DNA from: Pseudomonadota bacterium | GTDB taxonomy: Bacteria > Pseudomonadota > Alphaproteobacteria > Rhodobacterales > Rhodobacteraceae | Direction: 5' to 3' | Assembly (NCBI GenBank): GCA_029567145.1 | Contig: JAKQLM010000646.1 | Coordinates: 1 to 49,918, forward strand | DNA length: 49,918 bases | Shown here: positions 37,540-47,080 of the stretch, one piece after another | Numbering within the stretch: the first letter of the stretch is position 1 | How the letters are laid out: the number at the start of each line of letters is the position of its first letter | The notes under the pieces: generated by a model | What the model was told of the DNA's origin: nothing | What the model saw: the letters and a program-made list of their open reading frames with translations, nothing else | Databases searched by the model: none | Translations under genes and position numbers: made by a program

Positions 37540-39045
37540 ATGCCCTTCCATATCCTGACCGGCGCTTTCGTTCATGAAAGCAACACTTTCAAGCAGGGCG
37601 AGACGACGCTTCAGGACTTCCGCGACGACGTTCTGGACCTTGGCCAGTCCGCCATCGACCGGTTCGGCGGCGTGAATGACGAACTGGCTGGCTTCCTGGA
37701 TGCAGGCCGCGCGGCGGGCTGGCGCGTCACCCATTCTGTCTCGGCCCATGCCACCCCCGGCGCCCGTGTCTCGGCCGAGGCCTACGACCACATCGCCGGT
37801 CTCATCTGCGCTGCCGCTGCCGAACACCGCGCCACGCTGGACGGCATCCTTCTATCGCTGCACGGGTCGATGGTGCCCAGCTTCTGCGAAGACGGCGAGG
37901 GTGAGCTGCTGCGCCGCCTGCGGGCCATCGTCGGGCCAGACATGCCGATCGCGGCCACGCTGGACCTGCACGCGATGGTCACGCCTGCCATGGTCGAACA
38001 GGCGCAGATCCTGGTCAGCTACAAGACCTATCCCCATGTCGACATGCGTAAGATCGGGCGCCAGGCGGGGGACCTGCTGGACGCCACCCTGCGCGGCGCG
38101 ATCCGGCCGCGCACCCTTCGCGTCCACGTCCCGATGCTGGACGAAGCCAATGCCGGGCGCACCGACGTGCCCGAAACCGCCGCCCTATACGCCGACGCCA
38201 GCGCTCACGAACGGGAAGCGGGCATCCTGGCCGTGTCCATCAACGCCGGGTTCTCGGAAGCAGACATCACCGAAATGGGGCCGACGGTCCTTGTCACCTT
38301 CGACGCGGGCCACGAAAGCCGCGCCAACGAGATTGCAACCGCTCTTGCCCGCCGCATCTGGGACGGGCGGGGCAAGGTGGCCAACACCTTCCTGACGCCG
38401 GACGAGGCCGCCGCTCAGGCGCGTGACTTCGACCCTGCACAGGGTCCGCTGGTGATTGCCGACTACGCCGACAATCCCGGCGCGGGCGCCTATGGCGATG
38501 CCACAGCACTCTTGCAGGCCCTGCTGGCCGCGAAGGCCGCACCAGGTGCCTTTGCACCGATGATCGACCCCGAGGTGGCGGCGATCCTGCACCGCCACAA
38601 GGTCGGGGACCGCGTCACGCTGGACCTTGGCGGCAAATGCGATCCGGCTTTCGGTGGCGGACCGCTGCGGCTGAGCGGAGAGATCGTCCACCTGTCCGAT
38701 GGCATCTACACCGGCGATGGCCCGATCCTGGGCGGCATCACCCACAGCTTCGGCCCCACGGCAGTCTTTCGGGTGCAGGGCATCGACGTGCTGGTGGTCT
38801 CCCAGCCTGGGCAGATGCTGGACCTGCAACAGGTCCGAACCTTCGGGATCGAGCCGGCCCGGCTGCGCTTTCTGGTGGTCAAGTCAATGCAGCATTTCCG
38901 CGCTGCCTTTGAACCTGTCGCCGGATTGGTGATCGTCTGCGACTGCGGCGCTCTGGCGACTCCCCAAGCACACTTGCGCCCCTATGCGCGCGTCCGTCGC
39001 CCGGTTTGGCCCCTGGACAAGGAAGCCAGCTTCGAGAAAGCGTGA
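37540..39045 (+). CDS. M81-family (MlrC-like) metallohydrolase
   Basis: HESNTF, LHGSM…DGEG, LDLHA, YKTYPHVD, DNPGAG, VKSMQHFRA. Confidence 0.92.
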   Translation: MPFHILTGAFVHESNTFKQGETTLQDFRDDVLDLGQSAIDRFGGVNDELAGFLDAGRAAGWRVTHSVSAHATPGARVSAEAYDHIAGLICAAAAEHRATLDGILLSLHGSMVPSFCEDGEGELLRRLRAIVGPDMPIAATLDLHAMVTPAMVEQAQILVSYKTYPHVDMRKIGRQAGDLLDATLRGAIRPRTLRVHVPMLDEANAGRTDVPETAALYADASAHEREAGILAVSINAGFSEADITEMGPTVLVTFDAGHESRANEIATALARRIWDGRGKVANTFLTPDEAAAQARDFDPAQGPLVIADYADNPGAGAYGDATALLQALLAAKAAPGAFAPMIDPEVAAILHRHKVGDRVTLDLGGKCDPAFGGGPLRLSGEIVHLSDGIYTGDGPILGGITHSFGPTAVFRVQGIDVLVVSQPGQMLDLQQVRTFGIEPARLRFLVVKSMQHFRAAFEPVAGLVIVCDCGALATPQAHLRPYARVRRPVWPLDKEASFEKA

Positions 39046-39644
39046 ACTCGACCCTGCAGCCGCATTTGCGCAATGCGACCAAGGCACCCCTGTCCGCGTC
39101 ACGGTTTTCAAAAAGCCTTGTCGAACCCCGCCTGATCCTGGCGCAGGGAAGCGTCTGATCCGGGGATCGGGCGGATTTCGGTGTGCGGCGAATGGCGCAA
39201 GATGACAGGAAAGCGAAACTGGTCTTCGCGGGCCAAGGCCGCGCGTTTCAGGGTATAGCCGACTATCGCGGCAGTCCCACCCGCAGCCATCAGCACTGGC
39301 CCAGGGCGGCGACGGCAGACCCTAAATCACCAACAAGCGTGAAACCTTAGGTATCAGTCCCGTGTCACGACCGCCCCGTCAGCAAATTCAAAAGCCAGCG
39401 CGTGATGGACTTTATTTTGCGGCATCGATTGACGGAATAGGCGGCTGGAGATGTCAAGCTGCCATTTCCACCAAACCACATAGGCAATGAAACAGCTTGC
39501 AACGCGATTATCCGCGACGTCCGGACTATCTGTTGAAGCAACGATGCCCACATTCGTATCTTTTAATGCCCTACCGCTCATGAAGCTTTGACAGTGCGAT
39601 GGAACTTGCACTTGATCTTGTCACGCTGATTCAATTAACCATAG

Positions 39645-42600
39645 ATGGCCAATCACAGAATGCTCAAGCGCGCTAACGCCCCGGGTTTCATCAGAAATTT
39701 TGCTGGACTACTGACTGCGGCCATCTTTCTGATGATTGCCGTGTTGGTGCCGATCGGTGCCTACGCCCAAAGCGCGACAGTCAGCGCCAGCCCCTCCAGT
39801 TTTACCTCTGTCGGCCAGCAGATCACCTTTACCTAGACGATCATTCCGGGGTCCTATTCGATGACGTCGATTTCCGGGGCGTCCCAGATCAAGGGTGTCC
39901 CGATCACGTGCCAGACACCGAACGACACCAATCCTTTCACCTGCACCAGCACCTACACGGTTGACGCACTGGACGACATGTCCGGTACTTTCAGCGACTT
40001 CGCAGTCTTTACCGGCAGCCGGGTCGGCGGCTCGTTCAACATTGTCAGCCCGACACTTGCGGTGCCTAAATCCGGTGGTGGCCCCGTGTCGATCTCGGTC
40101 TCCAGCTCACCCAACCCGACCCAGCCGGGCGAGACAGTCACGGTCGAAGCGTTCATCAGCTCGATGGGCTGCAACGCCGGACTGATGCCGCCCGGGTCGC
40201 TTCAGGTGACGATCGGTTCGATCAGCCAGACCTTGCCGCTGGTCGCCGAATTCCCCTACAGCACGGGCGACACCGTCAGCTTCACGACCACGGCGCTTCC
40301 TGCGGGAAGCCATGCGCTCAGCGCCTCTTACGTCGGGGGCGGCGGCTGTGCCGCCGGCTCGGCGACGGGCACCAACCACGTTGTCGAGCCCCGCCCCACA
40401 GCGACGGTCACGGCAAACGCGCAGTCCGGGTCAAGCCAAAGCTTCAACATCAGCTTCAGCGCACCGGTTTCCGGCCTGAACGCCAGCGAGATCACGGTTG
40501 TCTCGACTGCAGGCGCCGTGACGCGGTCGCTGACCGGGTCGGGATCAAGCTATGTCCTGACGCTGACCGGAATGACCCAGTCGGGTACGATTTCAGTCAC
40601 CGTCCCGGCCTCGGTCGCGCAAACGCCGGGCGGTAGCCAGAATCTGTCCTCTGGCAGCGCGGTGATCGCAAACTACATCGCGCCACCCATCGTCAGTGCG
40701 GTATCGCCAAGTTCCGGGACAACGCTGGGCGGGACCACGGTCACGATCACTGGAAGCGCTTTGACCGGGGCGACGGCTGTCACTTTCGGCGGCCAACCGG
40801 CAACCGGCATCACGGTGAACAGCGCGACGTCGATCACGGCGACCACTCCGGCTACGGTTCCGGCAGGCACACCCGGCGCGGTCAGCGTTCTGGTCACGAC
40901 GCCCGGCGGCACGAACGCCGCGAATACGCTGTTCACCTATCGCGCTGACCAGTCGATCAGCTTCACCGACCCGGCGGATATCGCATCCTTCGTGCTGAAC
41001 CAGACCGTTGGGCTGACGGCGACCGCGACCTCGGGCCTGACGGTGGCCTTTGCGTCCACCACGCCGGGCGTCTGCTCGGTCAGCGGGTCAACGGCAACGG
41101 TCCTTGCGGCGGGCACATGCACGATCACCGCCAATCAGGCGGGGAACGCCAGCTACAACCCGGCCCCAGAGGTCAGCCAGAGCTTTGCGATCAGCCCGGC
41201 GAACCAGTCGATCACCTTTAACGACCCCGCCGACATCGCGTCTTTCGTGGCGAACCAGACCGTCGGCCTGACCGCCACCGCGACATCGGGCCTGACGGTG
41301 GCCTTCGCGTCCACCACGCCGGGCATCTGCTCGGTCAGCGGTGCCACAGCCACGGTCCTTGCGGCGGGCACCTGCACGATCACCGCCAATCAGGCGGGGA
41401 ACGCCAGCTACAACCCGGCCCCAGAGGTCAGCCAGAGTTTTGCGATCAGCCCGGCAAACCAGTCGATCACCTTCACCTCCAGCGTGCCCAGCCCGGCCTA
41501 TGTGGACGGCGCCACCTATGCGGTGACGGCAGCCGGGGGACCTTCGACCAGCCCGGTCGTGTTTTCGATCGCGGGCGGATCGGGCGGGGTCTGCACCATC
41601 GCGGGGAACATCGTCAGCTTCATCGGCGAAGGGTCCTGCGTCGTGCTTGCCAATCAGGCGGGCGACGCCAACTACAGCGCAGCCCCACAGGTTCCCCAGA
41701 CGGTCCTGGTGGAGCGGCAGCCACAAGTGATCACCTTCACGTCGACCGCGCCGACCAATGCGGTTGTGGGCGGGCAGACCTATCTTGTGTCGGCAAACGG
41801 CGGTGGTTCGGGCAACGCTGTGGTGTTCTCGATAGCGGGAAGCGCCAGCGGCATCTGCGCAATTGCTGGAAACACGGTCAGCTTCATCGGGGCGGGTACC
41901 TGTGTCATCAACGCCAATCAGGCGGGGAACACGACGTATCTTGATGCGCCCGAAGTCCAACAAAGCTTTGCGGTGGCGGCGAACACCGCGCCGACCGCTG
42001 ATGCCGGACCGGATCAGACGGACGTCACCCCCGGCGCGACGGTGACGCTGGACGGAACCGGATCAAGCGACCCGGATGTCGGCCAGACGCTTGGCTACGC
42101 CTGGCTGCAGACTGCCGGACCGACGGTCACACTGTCAGACGCGACGGCCGCCCAGCCGACTTTCACCGCGCCGCTTCTGAACACCGGCGTCAACTCGGAA
42201 ACGCTGGCGTTCCAGCTGACCGTCACTGACGGCAATGGCGGCAGCACAAGCGACACCGTTTCGATCATTGTCGTCGACAACATCGCGCCGACCGTCGGCA
42301 TCTCGGGTCTGCCGTCCGCCGTGACGTCGGGCGGGTCGTTCACGGTCACCTTCACCTTCAGCGAGCCGGTCACCGGCTTTGACGCGACGGATATCGCGGT
42401 GACAAATGGCACGCTGTCCGGCTTCTCGGGTAGCGGCGCGATCTACACCGCGACGATCACGGCCAACGGGGCCGGGGACGTAGGGTTGTCGATTGCCGCC
42501 GGTGCGGCCGATGACCTTGCGGGCAATCCCAGCGTGGCCTCGGGGGCGGTCAGCGTTCCGCTGACTGCCACGGCCGAGACCGAAGAACTGCTTGCCGATG

Positions 42601-43466
42601 AGGCGCTGGCCCGGAACCGGGCGCTGATCGCTTCGCAACCCGATCTGACCCGGTTCCTGTCAGGTGGACGCGGCGGGATCACCGTGTCCAGCCAGGGGGT
42701 GGGCGGCCTGACCTTCGACATCGAGACCAATCCCGACAAGAGCGTCTGGATGGCGCTGAGTGGGCGCTGGGGGTCCGGTGACGCTGCGCTGGACCGCTAC
42801 GTGCATGGGGCCTTTGGTGCGCATCTCTTCCGCAGCAAAGGGCTGATCTTCGGCGCGATGCTGCAGGCCGACCACGGCGAACATACTGATGGCCTTGGCC
42901 GGGTGGAGTCGGATGGCTGGCTGATCGGGCCATACTTCGTCGCGCGGTTCGGCGACGGCGATCTGCGGATGTCGGGCTCTTACCTTGCCGGCAAGACCGA
43001 CATCGCCGTGAATCCGATCGGCACCTACACCGATTTCGTGACCAGCGACCGTCGGCTGATCACCTTCTCTCTGGTGGACGAGATCCAGATGGACCAACTG
43101 TTGCTGCGGCCCCGACTGGACATCGCCAAGGTGATCGAAGACCGACCTGGCTACACGGACGGTCTGGGCAACCCGATCAGTGCGGGCAAGGTGGCAATCA
43201 CCGAAGCCAGCGCCGGGGTCGATTTCGAGACGCCACTGGATGTGGCGTTCGGAACGGCCCGGCTGTCGGGCGGGTTGTCGGCGATCCACTCGCTGGAAGA
43301 AGTCGACGGGGTCAGTGACCGCAGCACCCGCGGGCGCATCGACATCGGCCTGCTGCGCGACTTTGGAAACGGCGCAAACCTTGACTTCAGCGCCAGCTAC
43401 GATGGCATCGGATCGTCAGAGAAAGGGTCGGTCGGGCTGGAGCTGCAGTACTCTTACAAGTTCTGA
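39645..43466 (+). pseudogene. Ig-repeat autotransporter-like surface protein interrupted by in-frame TAG at 39834-39836
   Basis: 63-aa ORF with signal peptide (…GAYA-Q) is in frame with the 1201-aa ORF via TAG-ACG-ATC-ATT-CCG-GGG-TCC-TAT-TCG-ATG; Ig-like, IPT/TIG and PKD-like (PTADAGPDQ) domains; beta-barrel-like C-terminus ending YSYKF. Confidence 0.8.
40948..41457 (+). repeat. Two near-identical 255-bp (85-aa) intragenic repeats, followed by two more diverged units
   Basis: ACCAGTCGATCA recurs at 40948, 41203, 41458; QSI.F.DPADIASFV.NQTVGLTATATSGLTVAF…APEVSQSFAISPA duplicated. Confidence 0.9.
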
Positions 43467-43519
43467 GCAAACGGCCAGGATCAGCACCCGTCGACTGTCC
43501 CAAGGCTGCCCGGCAAGCG

Positions 43520-43555
43520 TGATCCTTGCCCCCGAATTGACGGGGGCAAGGATCA
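43520..43555. repeat. 36-bp perfect inverted repeat flanked by GCG direct repeats
   Basis: GCG|TGATCCTTGCCCCCG-AATTGA-CGGGGGCAAGGATCA|GCG. Confidence 0.8.
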
Positions 43556-43558
43556 GCG

Positions 43559-43865
43559 TGGGCGGCTGACTGGGCGGACCAGGAACGGGTTGAACAGCGG
43601 CCGTCATGCGGGCAGAGGTCGCCCGCTGAAGGTCTGCCTGACCGCAAGCCAGGTCAGCGACGACACCGGAACTGCCGCCCGGTGAAACAGCCTGCCTGCT
43701 GCCGAATAGATGATCGCTGACCGGGGTCAAGACGCCGTCCGCTACGACACGCGATGCAACCGTATCGAGACCATTTTTGGTCGGCTGAAGGGTTGGCGCA
43801 GCGTCGCAACCTTTCGCGCCCGTTGAGCGAAAATCTTCCGACCTCGCCCATCTCGGCCAACGCTG
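43559..43865 (+). mobile_element. Decayed IS5-family transposase remnant
   Basis: Frame-broken fragments GRLTGRTRNGLNS..HA, GRPLKVCLTASQVSD, MIADRGQDA, RCNRIETIFGRLKGWRSVAT match IS5 consensus GRTKGG.NTKLHA / GRP….LTAGQ.SD / ADRGYDA / RNRIE..FGRLKDWRRVATRYD. Confidence 0.78.
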
Positions 43866-43891
43866 AAGGATCACACGGGCAGGTAGCCATA

Positions 43892-43916
43892 TTAGTTTGT
43901 TGTCACGACAAACAAA
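43892..43916. promoter_or_regulatory. ROK/XylR-type operator
   Basis: TTAGTTTGTTGTCACGACAAACAAA, a 25-bp dyad resembling the Bacillus XylR operator, upstream of an operon containing a ROK regulator. Confidence 0.7.
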
Positions 43917-43959
43917 CTGTGCGACCCTTCGGCCATCGTGATTCTTATGGAGAAAGCCC

Positions 43960-44847
43960 ATGCGGCGTCTTGGAATTCACTCATTCGTCTGGACCAACGG
44001 TCAGACGCAGGAGGGCCTGGAAAGGGCCTTGGAGAAGTCGGCTGAACATGGCTACCGGATGATCGAATTCGCCTATCTGCGGCCCGAACGGTTCGATCTG
44101 GACCGGCTGGCGACCCGGGCGCAGGCGCTTGGGATCGAGATTGTCGTGACAATGGGCCTGCCGAAGGACGCGGATGTATCCAGCGAGGACAAGGCCGCCG
44201 TTGCCAAGGGCACGGCGATGCTGTGGGACGCGGTGAAAGCCGTGCGCGATATCGGGGGCATCCGGCTGGGGGGCATCCTATATTCGATGCACGGCAAATA
44301 CGAACGGATGCCGACACAGACCGGCTGGATGAACAGCGCAGGCGCGATTGCGGCGACGGCAGACGTTGCCAAGGCGTGCGGCGTGCAGGTGGTGCTGGAG
44401 GTCGTGAACCGGTTTGAGTCGAACCTGCTGAACACCACGGCGCAGGGGATGAAGTTCCTTAAGGACACCGGTCGGGATGACGTCTATCTGCACCTCGACA
44501 CCTTCCACATGAACATCGAAGAGGCGAGCCCGGCAGCGGCGATCCGCATGGCGGGCGACAAGCTGGCCTATTTCCACTTCAACGAAAACTACCGCGGCTA
44601 TCTGGGCACCGGGACCATCGACTTCCCCAGCATCTTTGACGCGCTGGTCGACATCGGTTTCCATGACCGGGACATCACCTTTGAAAGCTTCTCGAAGGCC
44701 ATCGTGGATGAGGGGCTGTCCTTGGCCTGCGGCATCTGGCGCGACACCTGGGACGACAACAACCCGCTGGCTGCCCATGCGCGGCAGTTCATCGAGCAAC
44801 GCTGGGCCGAAGCGGAGTTGCGTGCCAAGGTGAATGCCGAGGCGTGA
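43960..44847 (+). CDS. Ketose 3-epimerase (D-tagatose/D-psicose 3-epimerase family)
   Basis: LEVVNRFE, HLDTFHMNIEE, YFHFNEN.RG, TFESF: the E/D/H/E metal ligands are conserved. Confidence 0.87.
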   Translation: MRRLGIHSFVWTNGQTQEGLERALEKSAEHGYRMIEFAYLRPERFDLDRLATRAQALGIEIVVTMGLPKDADVSSEDKAAVAKGTAMLWDAVKAVRDIGGIRLGGILYSMHGKYERMPTQTGWMNSAGAIAATADVAKACGVQVVLEVVNRFESNLLNTTAQGMKFLKDTGRDDVYLHLDTFHMNIEEASPAAAIRMAGDKLAYFHFNENYRGYLGTGTIDFPSIFDALVDIGFHDRDITFESFSKAIVDEGLSLACGIWRDTWDDNNPLAAHARQFIEQRWAEAELRAKVNAEA

Positions 44848-44881
44848 TCTGGAAACCGGAAACGGACTGAAGGGGGGACAG

Positions 44882-46072
44882 ATGCCTAGACCTGAACCGT
44901 CCAGCAGCTTGCCGCGCTTCATTAGGCAGAACAACATGGTCGCAGCGCTGCAGGCGCTGTTTGATCACGGCCCGCTCAGCCGCGCCGATCTGGCCCGGGC
45001 GCTGGGGCTGAACCGGTCATCGTCAGGCAACATCATCGCCGAGTTGCTGGCGACGTCGCTGGTGCAAGAGGTGCCCTATCCGGACCCGGGCTCCAGTGAC
45101 GCGCCGCGGGCCGCAGGGCGACCGGGCATCGCGCTGGAACTCAAGCCCGCGGCCGCCTGTTTCATCGGCGCAGAGATCGGGGTCGAACACATCACCACCC
45201 TGCGGATGGACCTGCGGGGGCAGGTGTCCGAATGTCGGATCGAACCGTTTGACGGCCGGTCGGTCCCGGCTGGCCTTGCGGTCGAGCGTGCCATCGCGCA
45301 GGCCTTCGCCGGGCTGCCGGACGAGGCCATGGAGGTAGTTGAGGGCCTTGGCCTGGCCATACCGGCGCAGATTGACGAGACAGGCTTTGTGCAGGTTGCC
45401 CCCTTGCTGGGCTGGACTTCAGAGGACCTGCAGCATCTGGTCCGCAAGGCGGTGCCTTCCGACTTGCCAGTCGTGATCGAAAACGACGCAAACGCGTTTG
45501 CCTTTGGGGAAAGCTATCGCCACCTGCAAAGCAAGGCGGGTGTAACCCTGTTTCTGGTGCTGGAATCCGGGGTTGGCGGCGGTATCATCATCGACGGCAA
45601 GCTTTTCCGGGGTGGTCACGGGCTGGCTGGCGAGATCGGCCACGTCCATGTTCGCGACGGCACCGAGCTGGAAGAAGTGCTGGGGCGGGCGCATCTGGAG
45701 CGGCGGTATCGCAAGGTTTCGGGACAGCCGGATGCCGCGATCGACGGCTTCCTCGACGCTGTCCGCACGGGCAAATCCGACGTGATGGAGATTGCCGAGG
45801 ACTGGGCGCGGGATCTTGCGCAGGCCATCGTTGCGGCTTGCCGGTTGCTGGACCCGAACCGGGTGGTTCTGGGGGGGCGGCTTTCGGCCCTGTACCCCCT
45901 GGTCGCCGCACAGGTGACGCTGCACATTGAAGAGTTACAGGCCGCGACCTTTCCGATCCCCGACATCGTGGTGCATGAGGCCGCCGAAAGCGGGGCCGCC
46001 TTCGGGGCCGCCTGCATGCTGCACCGGCGGTTTCTGTCGCTGGAAAACACAGCCCTTTCCAAAGGGGCATGA
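44882..46072 (+). CDS. ROK-family transcriptional regulator
   Basis: HTH LSRADLARALGL, GRP, ENDANA, GVGGGII, GLAGEIGH. Confidence 0.92.
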   Translation: MPRPEPSSSLPRFIRQNNMVAALQALFDHGPLSRADLARALGLNRSSSGNIIAELLATSLVQEVPYPDPGSSDAPRAAGRPGIALELKPAAACFIGAEIGVEHITTLRMDLRGQVSECRIEPFDGRSVPAGLAVERAIAQAFAGLPDEAMEVVEGLGLAIPAQIDETGFVQVAPLLGWTSEDLQHLVRKAVPSDLPVVIENDANAFAFGESYRHLQSKAGVTLFLVLESGVGGGIIIDGKLFRGGHGLAGEIGHVHVRDGTELEEVLGRAHLERRYRKVSGQPDAAIDGFLDAVRTGKSDVMEIAEDWARDLAQAIVAACRLLDPNRVVLGGRLSALYPLVAAQVTLHIEELQAATFPIPDIVVHEAAESGAAFGAACMLHRRFLSLENTALSKGA

Positions 46073-46111
46073 CGCAGGCTTGGCCGCGTCGCATCAACAT
46101 GAAGGACTGAG

Positions 46112-47080
46112 ATGGAACTTGCACCTGACAGCCTTGGACCGACAGTCTGCGTCGGCGAGATCCTGGTCGAGATCGTCGCGACCACCATCGGCGACGGCTT
46201 CCGTGAGGCGCAGCCCTTGGTCGGGCCTTATCCCAGCGGCGCGCCAGCCATCTTCATCGACCAGTGCGGCCGGATCGGCGGGGCGGCAGCGATGATCGGG
46301 GCCGTGGGCGATGATGACTTTGGCAGGGTGAACCTGGACCGGCTGATGCGGGACGGGGTCGATGTCTCGGGCATTGCGGTTGATCCGATGATGCCGACGG
46401 GCAGCGCGTTCGTGCGCTACCGGGCCGATGGGTCGCGGGATTTTGTCTACAACATCGCGACGTCTGCGGCGGCGCGGTTTGGATGGACCGCTGCGGTGGC
46501 AAGCCTGGTCGCGCGGGCGGGGCATCTGCATGTGATGGGTTCGGCCCTGTCGATGCCGAACGCCTGGGGGGTTATCGAACGGGCGGCAGAGGTGATCAAG
46601 GCGCGGGGCGGGTCGCTGTCGCTGGACCCGAACCTGCGGAAAGAGCTGCGCTATGACGACGCGACCGAGGCGCAGTTTGCCCGGCTGGTGGCGATGTCGG
46701 ACCTGCTGTTGCCCTCGGGCGAGGAATTGGAGCGGGCGGCTGGCGTGGCGGGAGAGGCGGCTGCGGTGGCGCGGCTGTTGGACATGGGCTTGACCGAGAT
46801 CGTGCTGAAGCGCGGCGCCGAGGGCGCGACGTGTTTCCGGCGGGACGGCCGCACCGATGCGGCGGCGTTTGTCGTCAATGAGGTCGACCCGACGGGTGCG
46901 GGCGACTGCTTCGGCGGGGCCTATCTTGCAAGTCGGCGGCTGGGAATGACGGTCGCAGAGGCCCTGACCTACGGCTGTGCGGCTGGTGCGCGCAACGTCA
47001 CGGTGCGCGGCCCGATGGAGGGGGCGGGCACGCGGGCCGAGCTGGACGATTTCATCCGCACGACGAAAAGGCGGGTGTGA
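46112..47080 (+). CDS. PfkB-family sugar kinase (tagatose kinase-like)
   Basis: GPYPSGAPAIFIDQ, VGDDDFG, LDPNLR, DPTGAGDCFGG. Confidence 0.9.
   Translation: MELAPDSLGPTVCVGEILVEIVATTIGDGFREAQPLVGPYPSGAPAIFIDQCGRIGGAAAMIGAVGDDDFGRVNLDRLMRDGVDVSGIAVDPMMPTGSAFVRYRADGSRDFVYNIATSAAARFGWTAAVASLVARAGHLHVMGSALSMPNAWGVIERAAEVIKARGGSLSLDPNLRKELRYDDATEAQFARLVAMSDLLLPSGEELERAAGVAGEAAAVARLLDMGLTEIVLKRGAEGATCFRRDGRTDAAAFVVNEVDPTGAGDCFGGAYLASRRLGMTVAEALTYGCAAGARNVTVRGPMEGAGTRAELDDFIRTTKRRV

Noticed and set aside
37540-39045. Microcystin degradation (mlr) cluster
   Set aside because: Only an MlrC-family gene is present; no mlrA, mlrB or mlrD-like neighbours
39046-39644. About 600-bp lower-GC intergenic region as riboswitch, sRNA or small genes
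   Set aside because: No recognisable riboswitch consensus or credible ORF; an Rfam search would be needed
39834-39836. Pyrrolysine or recoded TAG
   Set aside because: No pyl genes seen, and TAG acts as a normal stop elsewhere in the window (e.g. 8504-8506, 27669-27671)
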